Of a DNA stretch of 64,000 nt, positions 50,203-64,000 are shown piece by piece (positions within the stretch are counted from its first letter, which is position 1; the number at the start of each line of letters is the position of its first letter). The stretch lies in contig OZ024748.1 of NCBI GenBank assembly GCA_964016885.1, positions 186,001 through 250,000 of the forward strand. The letters run 5' to 3'. Source of the stretch: Eledone cirrhosa. Taxonomy: Eukaryota. The translations under genes and the position numbers were made by a program. The notes below the pieces were generated by a model. That model was given only the letters and a program-made list of their open reading frames with translations. It was not told where the DNA came from and made no database searches.

Positions 50203-52180
50203 CCACACTTGCTCCTTGTGGCTTCTGATGCAGACATCATGTCCGCCATCAGGTCCTTCCCAGCTAGCAGCTGCGGAGATGTTGATGGTCTCTGACCAGG
50301 CCTCCTCAAGGAGTTGATATCTCCCCTCTCCGCTGAGGCCGGGCGCCGCCTTCTGAGTGCAATTGTGGCGCTCACCAATAGGCTCATCCATGGCGCCCTG
50401 GACTCTTATGCTCGAGGCCTCTTTTTTTCGGCCAGCCTCACCGCTCTCAGGAAGAAAGAGGATGGCATACGCCCCATTGCTGTGGGCAATGTCTTCCGGA
50501 GGCTGGCTGCCAAGGTAATCTGCAAGTCCGTAACACTCGGAACCGGCATCCAGGGCCTCCAGCCACCTCATTGTCAAGTTTGACATGAGGAATGCCTTCA
50601 ACTCTTTACGCTGGGATCATCTGCTCGAGGCCTGCCTCAGCCGAGCCCCCTCTGCCTACCTGTCATATGGAGCCCCAAGCATGCGCCATGCTGCTGATAC
50701 GGTCATACCCTTGGCTACTGGGATCCAACAGGGCAACCCTTTGGGACCCCTCCTGTTCACCCTTGGTATTGACCACATCGCCTGGAGTATAACGGCCCCT
50801 CTCAACGTTTGGTATCTGGATGATGCTACTTTGGGTGGGCCCGTACAGGCGGTCTGCCATGACCTTCAATCGGTGGTTCCTGCCCTGGCGGGAATCGACC
50901 TCCAGGTCAACTCAGCCAAGTCGGAGGTGGTGAATGTCAGCCTCGATGCTGCAAGCTTTGCAGTCTCCGTCTTGGACGTGCGGTCCATTCTCCGCCAGGT
51001 TCAGGTGACCCCCCAAAGAGGATGCCCTCACCGATCCACCCGCCGGCCATCCGCTCCTCCATCAAGTCCAGACTCTCACGAGCCGACTGGGCTTGATTGA
51101 TGGCCACCCAGTTCTCTTTCTGCTGAGGAACTGCTACGCCATGCCGAAGCTCCTCTATACACTCTGTGCTACACCTAAACTTGTATCCGAGCAGCAGCCG
51201 ATGAGATATGCAACTTTACCTGTCAGGTATGGCGGCCTTCGCCTCCAGTCCCCGATCTCACTAGCTTTGCCGGCATATCTTTCGTCGGTAACCTCGTACC
51301 ACGTCCTCTTCAGCAGGGTTCTTCAAAACACAACAGAACCCTCTGTGTTCAGAGAACGCGTGGCCGCCTGTGAGACGTGGGACCGGCTGGGACTTAGCCC
51401 AGTAGACGTTCCTCCTCCTTCTCCCCCTGTTGACGTCAAGTCCCCCCCAACACACTTGGGATGCCATCCAGTGCAGCCTGGCCTCAGACAGGCTCACGTG
51501 CCAGCTCGACCAGCACCGCCTTGTTTGTTTTCGTGCAGCCTCCAAACCCCACAGTGGGGCCTGGCTCCATGCCCTGCCCTCCTTCTCCACTCGCACGCAG
51601 CTAGACAACAATAGCTTGCGCATCGGCGTTTCCCTGAGGTTCGGCCTCACACCAATGTCGCTGCCGTTCCACCATGGACTCTTTCGGCCTCCACCCGCAA
51701 TCCACGCCATGCTGCCCTCAACGAAGTCATTAAGCATGGCTTGGACGCTGCAGGCTTCCCTTCCCAGCTCGAGGGGACGGCAAAAGGCTAGATGGCATGA
51801 CCATCTTCCCGTTCCGCGGTGGCAAACCCCTCGTCTGGGATGCCACTTGCACCGACACTTTCTGCAGCCGCAACCTGGTGCAGTCTGCGACTGGCCCAGG
51901 TTCTGCTGCACGTCAGGCTGAGGGGGCCAAACTCCTCACATATCGTTCACTCTCCGACAGGTTTGCGGTCGTACCCCTGGAAGTGGAGACTTCTGGTGTC
52001 CTCGGCCCCAGGGCTACCTCCTTACTCACCACCATAGGCGCTGAGCTGGCCAGCCGCAGGTGTGAGCCCCGCGAGTTGGAGTGGCTTTTCCAGCGCGTCT
52101 CCCTTGCCGTGCTCCGGGGAAACGCCTTCTCCATTCTGTCCGCCGGGGCTGTGGGTGGGTCCCATCGCGTACCGTTATGA
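50203..52180 (+). mobile_element. CRE-clade element copy (unit 7)
   Basis: As unit 1. Confidence 0.88.
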
Positions 52181-53934
52181 ATGTATACAAAACAACTAAA
52201 TCTCTTAAATAACTTCACTTATATCCAAAACATGATTTGTATATACATCAACAGTGACTCATTATTATACGCCAGTCACGACCCCACTGCAAAAACGATA
52301 TCTATATAACAACCCCACCGTAAAACTACTCTTCCCCACTTTACAAACACTTTATATCATTTGTCATTAAGGTTTCTTAAAATAAATATATATACGTATG
52401 TGTAGTAATTAGTACGGAGACTGAGAGAGAAGGGGCGAGTGTGTCTTCATGGAGGGCACATGGGACCAGCAAAGCCCTAAAAGTAGAGACCAGTAAATGA
52501 GATAAGGTCCTAGCTATGTTAAGAATATAAATAAGAAACATGTTCTATACATTTAAGAAGACAAGAGAAACATGTTCTAAACATTTAAGAAATAATTATT
52601 TACCTCTTTCATGTCGGTAATATAGCGGTGTTATAAAACTAATTATAACGACCGGTGTTAAAATAGAGAGAGATAGACAGATAAATGTGTGTCACACTCT
52701 CACCCTCTCTTTAAATCTTTTACACTATCTAACTCATACTTCTCACACTCTCTTTAAATCTTTTACTCTATCTACCTCTCATTTCTATCTGTGTATGTAT
52801 GTATGTATCTGTCTATGTGTAACTCGGTGTACTGGAGCAATATGAAGTGAAGTGTCTTGCTCAAGAAGACATTTTGTGGAGTTATATCATCGTTTCTTGT
52901 TATAAAGCTACTTATACTACCGGCGTAACAGTGGCTATAGGTGATAGATGTAGAAATAAAAGGCTGTAACAGCGATATAAATATAGATGAAATAGTTTAC
53001 CACGAGACTAAGAATGAATGTTTAATGGAATTAAGTGTAATCTAATAGGAAATAAGAGGCTAGAGCAGCGAAATGTTTACGTAAAATAAAAGAACAACAA
53101 ACAAGAGTGCAACATTGAAATTTTTTTTTTTTTTTTTGTCGATATAAGCGTTATTTTATGCGCGATTTGCCTTGCTGCCGGCGTTGCTCAGTCAGTAGCA
53201 GCCCCGCTTACGAACTTCAGGAGCCAACGACTTTACATGGTTCGAATCTCACCCTCTCCGCTCTTGTCGAGTTATCTCCTACTCTTTTTACTTAGTTCCA
53301 GGTCATTTAAATAGAGCAAAGAGGTCGCGGCGATCGGCATATGCACTGGCTACAATGTTGAACTTTGGTACTGACTGCATAGTTGAACGTTCCACATACC
53401 AACCGCCCAACTGGCCAGTCAACCGCAAATACGGCTGGCTGGCCGGTTGGGTAGTTGGCATATGTACTGACTGTCAAGTTGAACGTTCTAACCCTCTCTT
53501 TACATCTATTGCTCTATCTACCGCTTATTTCTCTCCCTCTCTTTACTTCTATAACTCTATCTCCCACTCTCTTTACATCTATTACACAGTGTCTCCCTGT
53601 ATATATACACGTATATATGCACTAGATTTTATAAGAAATCTACGTAATAATATAATTAACAATAGTTGATGAATTAGACCAGAGTTAATTAAACAATAAA
53701 TATGAATGAAATAGCAGTAGATGGCGAAACTTGAGTGTTGTGTGTGCATACATATATATGAGGTAAACTGGTTCAAATACTGTCAGGATTATATTGGATC
53801 AAAGACTGTATTAAATAGAAAGTAAAAAATGAAGTGAAAATATAAAAACAAACTGAAAATTTCCCCATCCCTAGAAAAATTCATATCTTGTTATATATAG
53901 ATAATTGGCGCTTTAAATTGAATAAATATTCATT

Positions 53935-53969
<35 letters not shown>

Positions 53970-55532
53970 GTACACTGATATATATGTGTGTGTATATATA
54001 TATATATATGTATGTGTATATGTGTACATATGTATGTGTATATATATACTAATATATATATATATATATCAACTTCATCATACGTCCGCTTTTCCATGCT
54101 TGCAAGGGTGGGGTGGGAGCTGATTCTGGATTGGTTTCTACAGCTGGGTGCCCTTCCTGACGCCAACCCAGTTTGCAGTGAGTGCTGGGTGCTTTTTTTG
54201 TTTCCGTGGCACCTCCACGTCAGCTTTACAGAGCGGGCTGGGTGCTTTTTTGCCGTGGCGCCTCCACGACCACTTTACGGTGGGGTGGTGGGGTGGTATG
54301 TGTATACCCAGCCCATTGTCATTTCCCACCCAGAAAAGTTCATAGCACCGTTCTTTACCCACGATGAATCTAGCAGACCCACCCCTCCACCTGGTCTCTT
54401 GAATACAACAGTGGTTTCACTAAAATAAAAATTAAATTAAATTAAATTAAATTAATTATATTAGATAAATAGACATTGGGGTTCTCACCAAAGATTTTCA
54501 GTTATTTCTAAGAGATGTAAAAGGAAAATTAAAAAAAGATTAATAGGACACATTAGACATGTCTCCAAGCAAGAATTGAACTTACAGACAAGGATCTCAC
54601 CATCTCTGGTACTTCCCACTAAGCCACCAAGACTGCTACAAAGGTCTATTGAAAATTAATATTTATAAACCTACTTTCAAAATATAACTAATTTAATTAA
54701 AAATAAAATAAAATAAATAGACATTGGCGTTCTCACAAAACTTTTTCAGTTCTTTTTTCTAAGAAATGTCAAAGGAATATATATATATATATATTTTATT
54801 TTTAATTTTATTTTGAAAGTAGGTTTATAAATATTAAATTTCAGTACATCTTTGTATCAGTCTCGGTAGCTTAGTGGGAAGTACCAGAGATGGTGAGATC
54901 CTGTTCTGGGTGTTCAATCCTGGTCTGAGGGTTGAATTGGGGACTCAGGTTCAATCCTGGTCCATGAGATACATGTAAGGTGTCATGTTAATCTTTTATA
55001 ATTTTCTTTCTATATCTCTTTGAAAAAGAGAACCCCTATTTATTTAATTATATTGAATTTAATTTTTTATTTTAGTTAAATTGTCGAAAACACTGAAGAT
55101 CTAAAGGTTGAGGAGACAATATGTCTATTTTATCTGTCTCCTCTAACTTTAGATCACCAGTGGTTTTGACAATTTAACTAAAGTAAAATAAAATAAAATA
55201 AATTAAATTATATTAGATAAATAGACATTGGGGTTCTCACCAAAGATTTTCAGTTTTTTCTGAGGAAAATTTAAAAAAAGATTAACAGGACACATTACAG
55301 CAATGATTGAACTCCCAGACCAGGATTGAACCTACAGACAAGGACCTCACCATCTCTGGTACTTCCCACTAAGCCGCCAAGACTGCTACAACGGTCTGCT
55401 GATAATTAATATTTATAAACCTAATTTCAAAATAAAATTAATGTTATTAATTTTATTTAAAAATAAAATAAAATAAATAAACATTGGGGTTCTCACAAAA
55501 CTTTTTCATTTTTTTTCTAAGAAATGTCAAAG

Positions 55533-55563
<31 letters not shown>

Positions 55564-55566
<3 letters not shown>

Positions 55567-57486
55567 TCATCATCATCATCATCGTTTAACGTCCATATTC
55601 CACGCTTGCATGGGTTTGGACGGGAATTTTCCCACTTGAGGCAAGAGTGGTTGTCTTGCTCGCATAGGACTGTCTGGCGGGTTTTCTACAGCTGGATGCC
55701 CTTCCTAACACCAACCGCATTTACAGTGTGGGACTGGGAGGTTTTTACCGTGTTACCTACACGGCCACATTACTGCGTGGACTGTGTTTTTTTTTTTTGT
55801 CGTGACACCTACACGACCTCATTTGTTTCGGCCTGGATGTTGTGGCACCAACATAACTTTACATTGAAAGGGGCGGTGTGGATGGGGTGGGGGTGTATTT
55901 TGTTAGAGGTGCCTACTGACTGTAGTAGGTTTTACTTTGTATCTAGGTAAGGCGGGTCTTCTCTATTACTGAGTACCGCCAAAGATCTCGGTCCAGTGAC
56001 ATTGTCTTGGAGAGGTGTAAGTGTGTGAGGTCGGAATTTATCAAGTCGTCCCAGGTTTTTCTGGGTCTGCCTACTCCGTGGCTACCGTCTATCTTTATTG
56101 CCCTGCATTTTTTTTATACAGCTGTCGTCTTTCATCCGCATCACGTGGACCATACCAACGTAGTCTTCTCTCGAGTACACAACATCTGATCCCTCTTATT
56201 TCTAATTTTTCCCTTAGTTCGTTTATGCTTTGCCGTTCACATATATTACTATTACACATCCAGCGAAGCATGCAAGCTTCGTTCCTCTCTAGTCTGCGTA
56301 TATCCTCTGCACACAATGCCCAGGTCTCACTGCCATGCAACATTGCTGTTCATATGCAGGCATCATACAACCTGCCTTTCATTTTTAGGGAGAACCCTTT
56401 AGCGGCTAATAGTGGTATAAGCTCTCTGAACTTTTTCCATCCAGTTCTGACTCTAGCTACTGTACTTTCAGAGCACCCTCCCCCACTGCTGATTTTGTCA
56501 CCCAGGTAACGGAAGCTGTCCACTATTTCTATAGAACCCTCTGCGCAATTGAAAGAGCTAGTATTTTGTGGGCACTTGCTGCTACTTATTGCACCAGAGC
56601 ACCGGCCACATGTAAAATCTATGTTCTTAGTTAGCTTACCTGTGATCCCACTACATCTTTTATGAACCCATACTTTGCATTTGGGACATAAAATGGAGTT
56701 TCTACCTACGCCTTTCCTACACACTGAGCATGGCCATTTCCCGGAAGGGACCGGCGCCTTATTTTCTTTCCTACAAACTAGAACTTTAGTCTTAGCCAGG
56801 TTAATTTTAAGGCCTTCTGATTCTAGGCCTTGCTTCCATGTTTGGAATTTCTTCTCTAGCTCGGCCATCGATTCAGCTATGAGCGTTAGATCATCTGCGT
56901 ATAGGAGTTCCCATGGGCAGCCGGTCTTGAACTCCACTGTTATAGCCTGAAGGGCAATAATAAATAGTAGGGGGCTAAGGACGGAGCCCTGATGAACACC
57001 AACTTTTACGCTAAACTCTTCACTATATTCGTTGTTAATTCTAACCTTGCTGACTGTTTCTTTATACATGGCTCGTATAGCTCTCACAAGCCATTCCTCA
57101 ACACCTAGTTTTCTAAGAGCCCACCAGATAATGGAACGGGGGACTCTGTCGAAGGCTTTCTCCAAGTCAACAAAAGCTAAGTATAGGGGTTTACTTTTAA
57201 CTAGGTACTTCTCCTGTAGTTGTCGTACAATGAAAAGAGCGTCTGTGGTACTTTTACCTGACACAAACCCGAACTGCATTTCATCTAGATCAATTCTCTC
57301 TCTGATTAGTTGCGCTATTACTTTTTCCGTGACCTTCATGACCTGGTCGATTAATTTAATGCCTCTATAGTTACTCCTATCTAGGGCATCTCCTTTACCC
57401 TTGTAACAGTTAATGATGATGCTGCTACGCCAGTCCTTCAGAACAACCCCATTCTGTATGACTTGGTTTACTATCCGGGTGACCAT
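55564..57486 (-). mobile_element. RTE LINE copy (unit 8)
   Basis: Same RT ORF (56350-57606) and same lesions. Confidence 0.95.
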
Positions 57487-59982
57487 TACGTGTATACATC
57501 TGAAAATGTATATATGTATGCAAAGATATAAGTAAACATACATGTATACATATAGATGGACAGTTATGCATATACAATAACTTATTTCTATACATACATA
57601 TACCACAAGTAAGGCATGGTGCTGCCAACTAACCAGACCTCCCTCATAATGGACCAGCTAGATCCCAAAATACAGGCCTGCTTGCCAACACACAGTCCCA
57701 ATAAGTGTAAGTTACAGCGCAGCTATCTGGACAGACTTGTCTTAAGACTACACACTATCCCACTACATCTTTTGTATACTATATATATACTGTTTATATA
57801 TATATATACTATATATATATATACTGTTTATATATATATATACTATATATATATATACTGTTTATATATATATACACACATATAATTGTGTATTCACACA
57901 TTATCTTAGTAATGAAATAATTAATAATTTTAGTAAATTGTTCAAAATTCTTCATTAACCCTTTTGGTAGAAACCCAGCCAAAATTAGTTCTCGTACTAT
58001 GGAAATGGTTCCTATCTAAATTAAAGTCTTCCAACAAAATTCTATATAACAACCATATGGTAAGTTACTATGTTAGTAATTAACTAACAATTGTGATAAA
58101 TAGCTCAAAATTATTCATAATTAATTGAATTATAAGGTTCATAATTATAATAAAATCTTCAAATAGGCTACGAAACCGGTAAACCTGAAAGGTACACAAC
58201 ACACACACATTGCTATAGCGTTTCACCAGCCCCTTCCTTCCTGAATTATTACAGAGATGTGTGTGTATGTAATAATTATTTGTATAATGTGTGTCTATTT
58301 ATGAATATGTATGAGTAGATGTGTGTGTGTGTATCACAGTAGATGTGTATGTAACACAGTAGATGTGTATATGTAACAGAGTAGATGTGTGTTTGCATGT
58401 AACTCAGTATATGTGTATGTAACTCAGTAGATGTGTGTGTGTAACACGGTAGATGTGTGTGTGTAACACGGTAGATGTGTGTGTGTAACACGGTAGATGT
58501 GTGTGTGTAACACGGTAGATGTGTGTATGTAACAGTAGATGTGTATGTATGTAACACAGTAGATGTGTATGTATGTAACACAGTAGATGTGTGTATGTAA
58601 CACAGTACATGTGTGTGTATGTAACTCAGTAGATGTGTGTGTATGTAACTCAGTAGATGTGTGTATGTAACACAGTAGATTGTGTGTATGTAACATAGAA
58701 GATGTGTGTAACACAGTAGATGTGTGTGTATGTAACACAGTAGATCTGTGTGTATGTAACTCAGTAGATGTGTGTGTATGTAACACAGGTGTGTGTATGT
58801 AACACAGTAGATGTGTGTATGTAACATAGTAGATGTGTGTATGTAACACAGAAGATGTGTGTGTATGTAACACAGTAGATGTGTGTGTATGTAACTCAGT
58901 AGATGTGTGTGTATGTAACACAGTAGATGTGTGTGTAACACAGTAGATGTGTATGTAACGCAGTAGATGTGTGTGTATATAACCCAGTTGATGTGTGTGT
59001 ATGTAACACAGTAGATGTGTGTATGTAACATAGTATATGTGTATGTAACTAAAGTGTAACGTACGTTACAAATGGACGACAAAATGATTTTAACTTGTTT
59101 TTTAACAATTGATGGTGGAAAAGATTTTAAATTGTCTTAACTCAGACCATAAAGGGCCGCAACACATGGAGTCTGACACTCTTACCGGCTACATAGCCTG
59201 GGCGTCTATTTTACCGCGACCGGCTACATAGCATCTTCCTAAAATCTTCCAACATAATTTTATACAAGAACCACATGTTAAGTTACTAATAAAATAATTA
59301 ATAAATAAAAACATTAGTAAGTCCTTCAAATGATATCTCAGTAATGAAATAATTAATAATTGTTATAAATACCTCAAAATTTCTCATTAATTAAACCTCA
59401 TTAATTAATTAAGCCGCTGAAAAGTGCAACAGATGCCCTCTTCTTAGTGAGACAACTACAAAAGAGGTTCTTAGAGAAAAATAAGCCACTATACTTAGCT
59501 TTGGACATAGAGAAGGCTTTTGATAGAGAACTCTTATAAATGACAACATATATATATGTGTGTGTATATATATGTTTTTTTTAAAACTATATATTTATTA
59601 CTCCCTTAAGCAGAAGAAATATATTCCCAGATATCGAAGATTACCACAATAACTAGGGAGCGGAAATCAATAGATGCTGGACATTGCTGCTGAGGGTAGG
59701 ATGACCTGATGAGCTGGCTCCTGTGGTGGATACCTAAACATAGTAAGACCCTAGTGGGATGACTGAGGTTCACCTACATACATCAGATGTCTCTGGATCT
59801 CCAGCTGGAGATTAATGATCTCAGGAATGCCATGAAAAATCGTGACATCTAAAAAAGAAGAGTAGAATTGTTCTGGCCAATCCACCTGACCTAATAAACA
59901 ATAATAATATTAATATATATTGATGAAAATTAATTATGGTGAAATATCTTAGAAATCATTCTCAGAGGTTTTGTATTGTAAT

Positions 59983-61960
59983 CCACACTTGCTCCTTGTG
60001 GCTTCTGATGCAGACATCATGTCCGCCATCAGGTCCTTCCCAGCTAGCAGCTGCGGAGATGTTGATGGTCTCTGACCAGGCCTCCTCAAGGAGTTGATAT
60101 CTCCCCTCTCCGCTGAGGCCGGGCGCCGCCTTCTGAGTGCAATTGTGGCGCTCACCAATAGGCTCATCCATGGCGCCCTGGACTCTTATGCTCGAGGCCT
60201 CTTTTTTTCGGCCAGCCTCACCGCTCTCAGGAAGAAAGAGGATGGCATACGCCCCATTGCTGTGGGCAATGTCTTCCGGAGGCTGGCTGCCAAGGTAATC
60301 TGCAAGTCCGTAACACTCGGAACCGGCATCCAGGGCCTCCAGCCACCTCATTGTCAAGTTTGACATGAGGAATGCCTTCAACTCTTTACGCTGGGATCAT
60401 CTGCTCGAGGCCTGCCTCAGCCGAGCCCCCTCTGCCTACCTGTCATATGGAGCCCCAAGCATGCGCCATGCTGCTGATACGGTCATACCCTTGGCTACTG
60501 GGATCCAACAGGGCAACCCTTTGGGACCCCTCCTGTTCACCCTTGGTATTGACCACATCGCCTGGAGTATAACGGCCCCTCTCAACGTTTGGTATCTGGA
60601 TGATGCTACTTTGGGTGGGCCCGTACAGGCGGTCTGCCATGACCTTCAAACGGTGGTTCCTGCCCTGGCGGGAATCGACCTCCAGGTCAACTCAGCCAAG
60701 TCGGAGGTGGTGAATGTCAGCCTCGATGCTGCAAGCTTTGCAGTCTCCGTCTTGGACGTGCGGTCCATTCTCCGCCAGGTTCAGGTGACCCCCCAAAGAG
60801 GATGCCCTCACCGATCCACCCGCCGGCCATCCGCTCCTCCATCAAGTCCAGACTCTCACGAGCCGACTGGGCTTGATTGATGGCCACCCAGTTCTCTTTC
60901 TGCTGAGGAACTGCTACGCCATGCCGAAGCTCCTCTATACACTCTGTGCTACACCTAAACTTGTATCCGAGCAGCAGCCGATGAGATATGCAACTTTACC
61001 TGTCAGGTATGGCGGCCTTCGCCTCCAGTCCCCGATCTCACTAGCTTTGCCGGCATATCTTTCGTCGGTAACCTCGTACCACGTCCTCTTCAGCAGGGTT
61101 CTTCAAAACACAACAGAACCCTCTGTGTTCAGAGAACGCGTGGCCGCCTGTGAGACGTGGGACCGGCTGGGACTTAGCCCAGTAGACGTTCCTCCTCCTT
61201 CTCCCCCTGTTGACGTCAAGTCCCCCCCAACACACTTGGGATGCCATCCAGTGCAGCCTGGCCTCAGACAGGCTCACGTGCCAGCTCGACCAGCACCGCC
61301 TTGTTTGTTTTCGTGCAGCCTCCAAACCCCACAGTGGGGCCTGGCTCCATGCCCTGCCCTCCTTCTCCACTCGCACGCAGCTAGACAACAATAGCTTGCG
61401 CATCGGCGTTTCCCTGAGGTTCGGCCTCACACCAATGTCGCTGCCGTTCCACCATGGACTCTTTCGGCCTCCACCCGCAATCCACGCCATGCTGCCCTCA
61501 ACGAAGTCATTAAGCATGGCTTGGACGCTGCAGGCTTCCCTTCCCAGCTCGAGGGGACGGCAAAAGGCTAGATGGCATGACCATCTTCCCGTTCCGCGGT
61601 GGCAAACCCCTCGTCTGGGATGCCACTTGCACCGACACTTTCTGCAGCCGCAACCTGGTGCAGTCTGCGACTGGCCCAGGTTCTGCTGCACGTCAGGCTG
61701 AGGGGGCCAAACTCCTCACATATCGTTCACTCTCCGACAGGTTTGCGGTCGTACCCCTGGAAGTGGAGACTTCTGGTGTCCTCGGCCCCAGGGCTACCTC
61801 CTTACTCACCACCATAGGCGCTGAGCTGGCCAGCCGCAGGTGTGAGCCCCGCGAGTTGGAGTGGCTTTACCAGCGCGTCTCCCTTGCCGTGCTCCGGGGA
61901 AACGCCTTCTCCATTCTGTCCGCCGGGGCTGTGGGTGGGTCCCATCGCGTACCGTTATGA
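59983..61960 (+). mobile_element. CRE-clade element copy (unit 8)
   Basis: As unit 1. Confidence 0.88.
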
Positions 61961-62793
61961 ATGTATACAAAACAACTAAATCTCTTAAATAACTTCACTT
62001 ATATCCAAAACATGATTTGTATATACATCAACAGTGACTCATTATTATACGCCAGTCACGACCCCACTGCAAAAACGATATCTATATAACAACCCCACCG
62101 TAAAACTACTCTTCCCCACTTTACAAACACTTTATATTATTTGTCATTAAGGTTTCTTAAAATAAATATATATACGTATGTGTAGTAATTAGTACGGAGA
62201 CTGAGAGAGAAGGGGCGAGTGTGTCTTCATGGAGGGCACATGGGACCAGCAAAGCCCTAAAAGTAGAGACCAGTAAATGAGATAAGGTCCTAGCTATGTT
62301 AAGAATATAAATAAGAAACATGTTCTATACATTTAAGAAGACAAGAGAAACATGTTCTAAACATTTAAGAAATAATTATTTACCTCTTTCATGTCGGTAA
62401 TATAGCGGTGTTATAAAACTAATTATAACGACCGGTGTTAAAATAGAGAGAGATAGACAGATAAATGTGTGTCACACTCTCACCCTCTCTTTAAATCTTT
62501 TACACTATCTAACTCGTACTTCTCACACTCTCTTTAAATCTTTTACTCTATCTACCTCTCATTTCTATCTGTGTATGTATGTATGTATCTGTCTATGTGT
62601 AACTCGGTGTACTGGAGCAATATGAAGTGAAGTGTCTTGCTCAAGAAGACATTTTGTGGAGTTATATCATCGTTTCTTGTTATAAAGCTACTTATACTAC
62701 CGGCGTAACAGTGGCTATAGGTGATAGATGTAGAAATAAAAGGCTGTAACAGCGATATAAATATAGATGAAATAGTTTACCACGAGACTAAGA

Positions 62794-63810
62794 ATGAATG
62801 TTTAATGGAATTAAGTGTAATCTAATAGGAAATAAGAGGCTAGAGCAGCGAAATGTTTACGTAAAATAAAAGAACAACAAACAAGAGTGCAACATTGAAA
62901 TTTTTTTTTTTTTTTTTGTCGATATAAGCGTTATTTTATGCGCGATTTGCCTTGCTGCCGGCGCTGCTCAGTCAGTAGCAGCTCCGCTTACGAACTTCAG
63001 GAGCCAACGACTTTACATGGTTCGAATCTCACCCTCTCCGCTCTTGTCGAGTTATCTCCTACTCTTTTTACTTAGTTCCAGGTCATTAAAATAGAGCAAA
63101 GAGGGCGCGGCGATCGGCATATGCACTGGCTACAATGTTGAACTTTGGTACTGACTGCGTAGTTGAACGTTCCACATACCAACCGCCCAACTGGCCAGTC
63201 AACCGCATATGCGGCTGGCTGGCCGGTTGGGTAGTTGGCATATGTACTGGCTACCATGCTGAACATTGTACTGACTGTCAAGTTGAACGTTCTAACCCTC
63301 TCTTTACATCTATTACTCTATCTACCGCTTATTTCTCCCCCTCTCTTTACTTCTATAACTCTATCTCCCACTCTCTTTACATCTATTACAGTGTCTCCCT
63401 GTATATATACACGTATATATGCACTAGATTTTATAAGAAATCTACGTAATAATATAATTAACAATAGTTGATGAATTAGACCAGAGTTAATTAAACAATA
63501 AATATGAATGAAATAGCAGTAGATGGCGAAACTTGAGTGTTGTGTGTGCATACATATATATGAGGTAAACTGGTTCAAATACTGTCAGGATTATATTGGA
63601 TCAAAGACTGTATTAAATAGAAAGTAAAAAATGAAGTGAAAATATAAAAACAAACTGAAAATTTCCCCATCCCTAGAAAAATTCATATCTTGTTATATAT
63701 AGATAATTGGCGCTTTAAATTGAATAAATATTCATTTATATATATATATATATGTATATATATATGTACACTGATATATATGTGTGTATATATATATGTG
63801 TATATATATA

Positions 63811-63865
<55 letters not shown>

Positions 63866-64000
63866 ACTTCATCATACGTCCGCTTTTCCATGCTTGCAAG
63901 GGTGGGGTGGGAGCTGATTCTGGATTGGTTTCTACAGCTGGGTGCCCTTCCTGACGCCAACCCCGTTTGCAGTGAGTGCTGGGTGCTTTTTTTTTTCCGT
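62794..64000 (+). repeat. Array unit 9 (partial), S-type head
   Basis: Carries S-type diagnostics: CCGCATATGCGG loop and the extra 24-bp GGCTACCATGCTGAACATTGTACT. Confidence 0.85.

Larger units (their letters stand above)
43222..53013 (+). repeat. Array unit 7, L type (9792 bp)
   Basis: Anchor-to-anchor distance; RTE RT ORF at 46568-47824. Confidence 0.95.
53014..62793 (+). repeat. Array unit 8, L type (9780 bp)
   Basis: Anchor-to-anchor distance; RTE RT ORF at 56350-57606. Confidence 0.95.
1..64000. repeat. Tandem macrosatellite array of two monomer types (L ~9.8 kb, S ~5.9 kb), order L-S-L-S-S-S-L-L-S(partial); runs to both window edges
   Basis: The anchor ATGAATGTTTAATGGAATTAAG recurs at 1, 9783, 15685, 25500, 31402, 37296, 43222, 53014 and 62794. 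Near-identical ORF sets recur at the same offsets. Confidence 0.98.

Overview
Eukaryotic, AT-rich, microsatellite-rich DNA. The SINE and RTE-LINE motifs resemble those I recall from octopus/coleoid cephalopod genomes (inference, not a database result). The entire window is one head-to-tail tandem array (macrosatellite) built from two related monomers: long (L, ~9.8 kb) and short (S, ~5.9 kb). Taking ATGAATGTTTAATGG as an arbitrary origin, units start at 1, 9783, 15685, 25500, 31402, 37296, 43222, 53014 and 62794, in the order L-S-L-S-S-S-L-L-S(partial). Every unit carries a tRNA-like Pol III-type cassette followed by a 30-bp-stem hairpin, plus an internally deleted RTE remnant. Every complete unit also carries two small RTE fragments and a decayed, 5'-truncated, GC-rich CRE-clade (RT + CCHC + RLE) non-LTR retrotransposon. 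L units add a ~5-kb block: an alternately inverted triplicate with tRNA-like cores, a 5'-truncated RTE LINE whose RT contains a PHD finger, and a ~21-bp minisatellite. S units instead carry ~1.1 kb containing the RTE 5' end, a microsatellite and a full SINE. I see no intact host protein-coding gene; most ORF-track entries are microsatellite or antisense artefacts. Diagnostic variants are shuffled between units, indicating recombination or conversion within the array.
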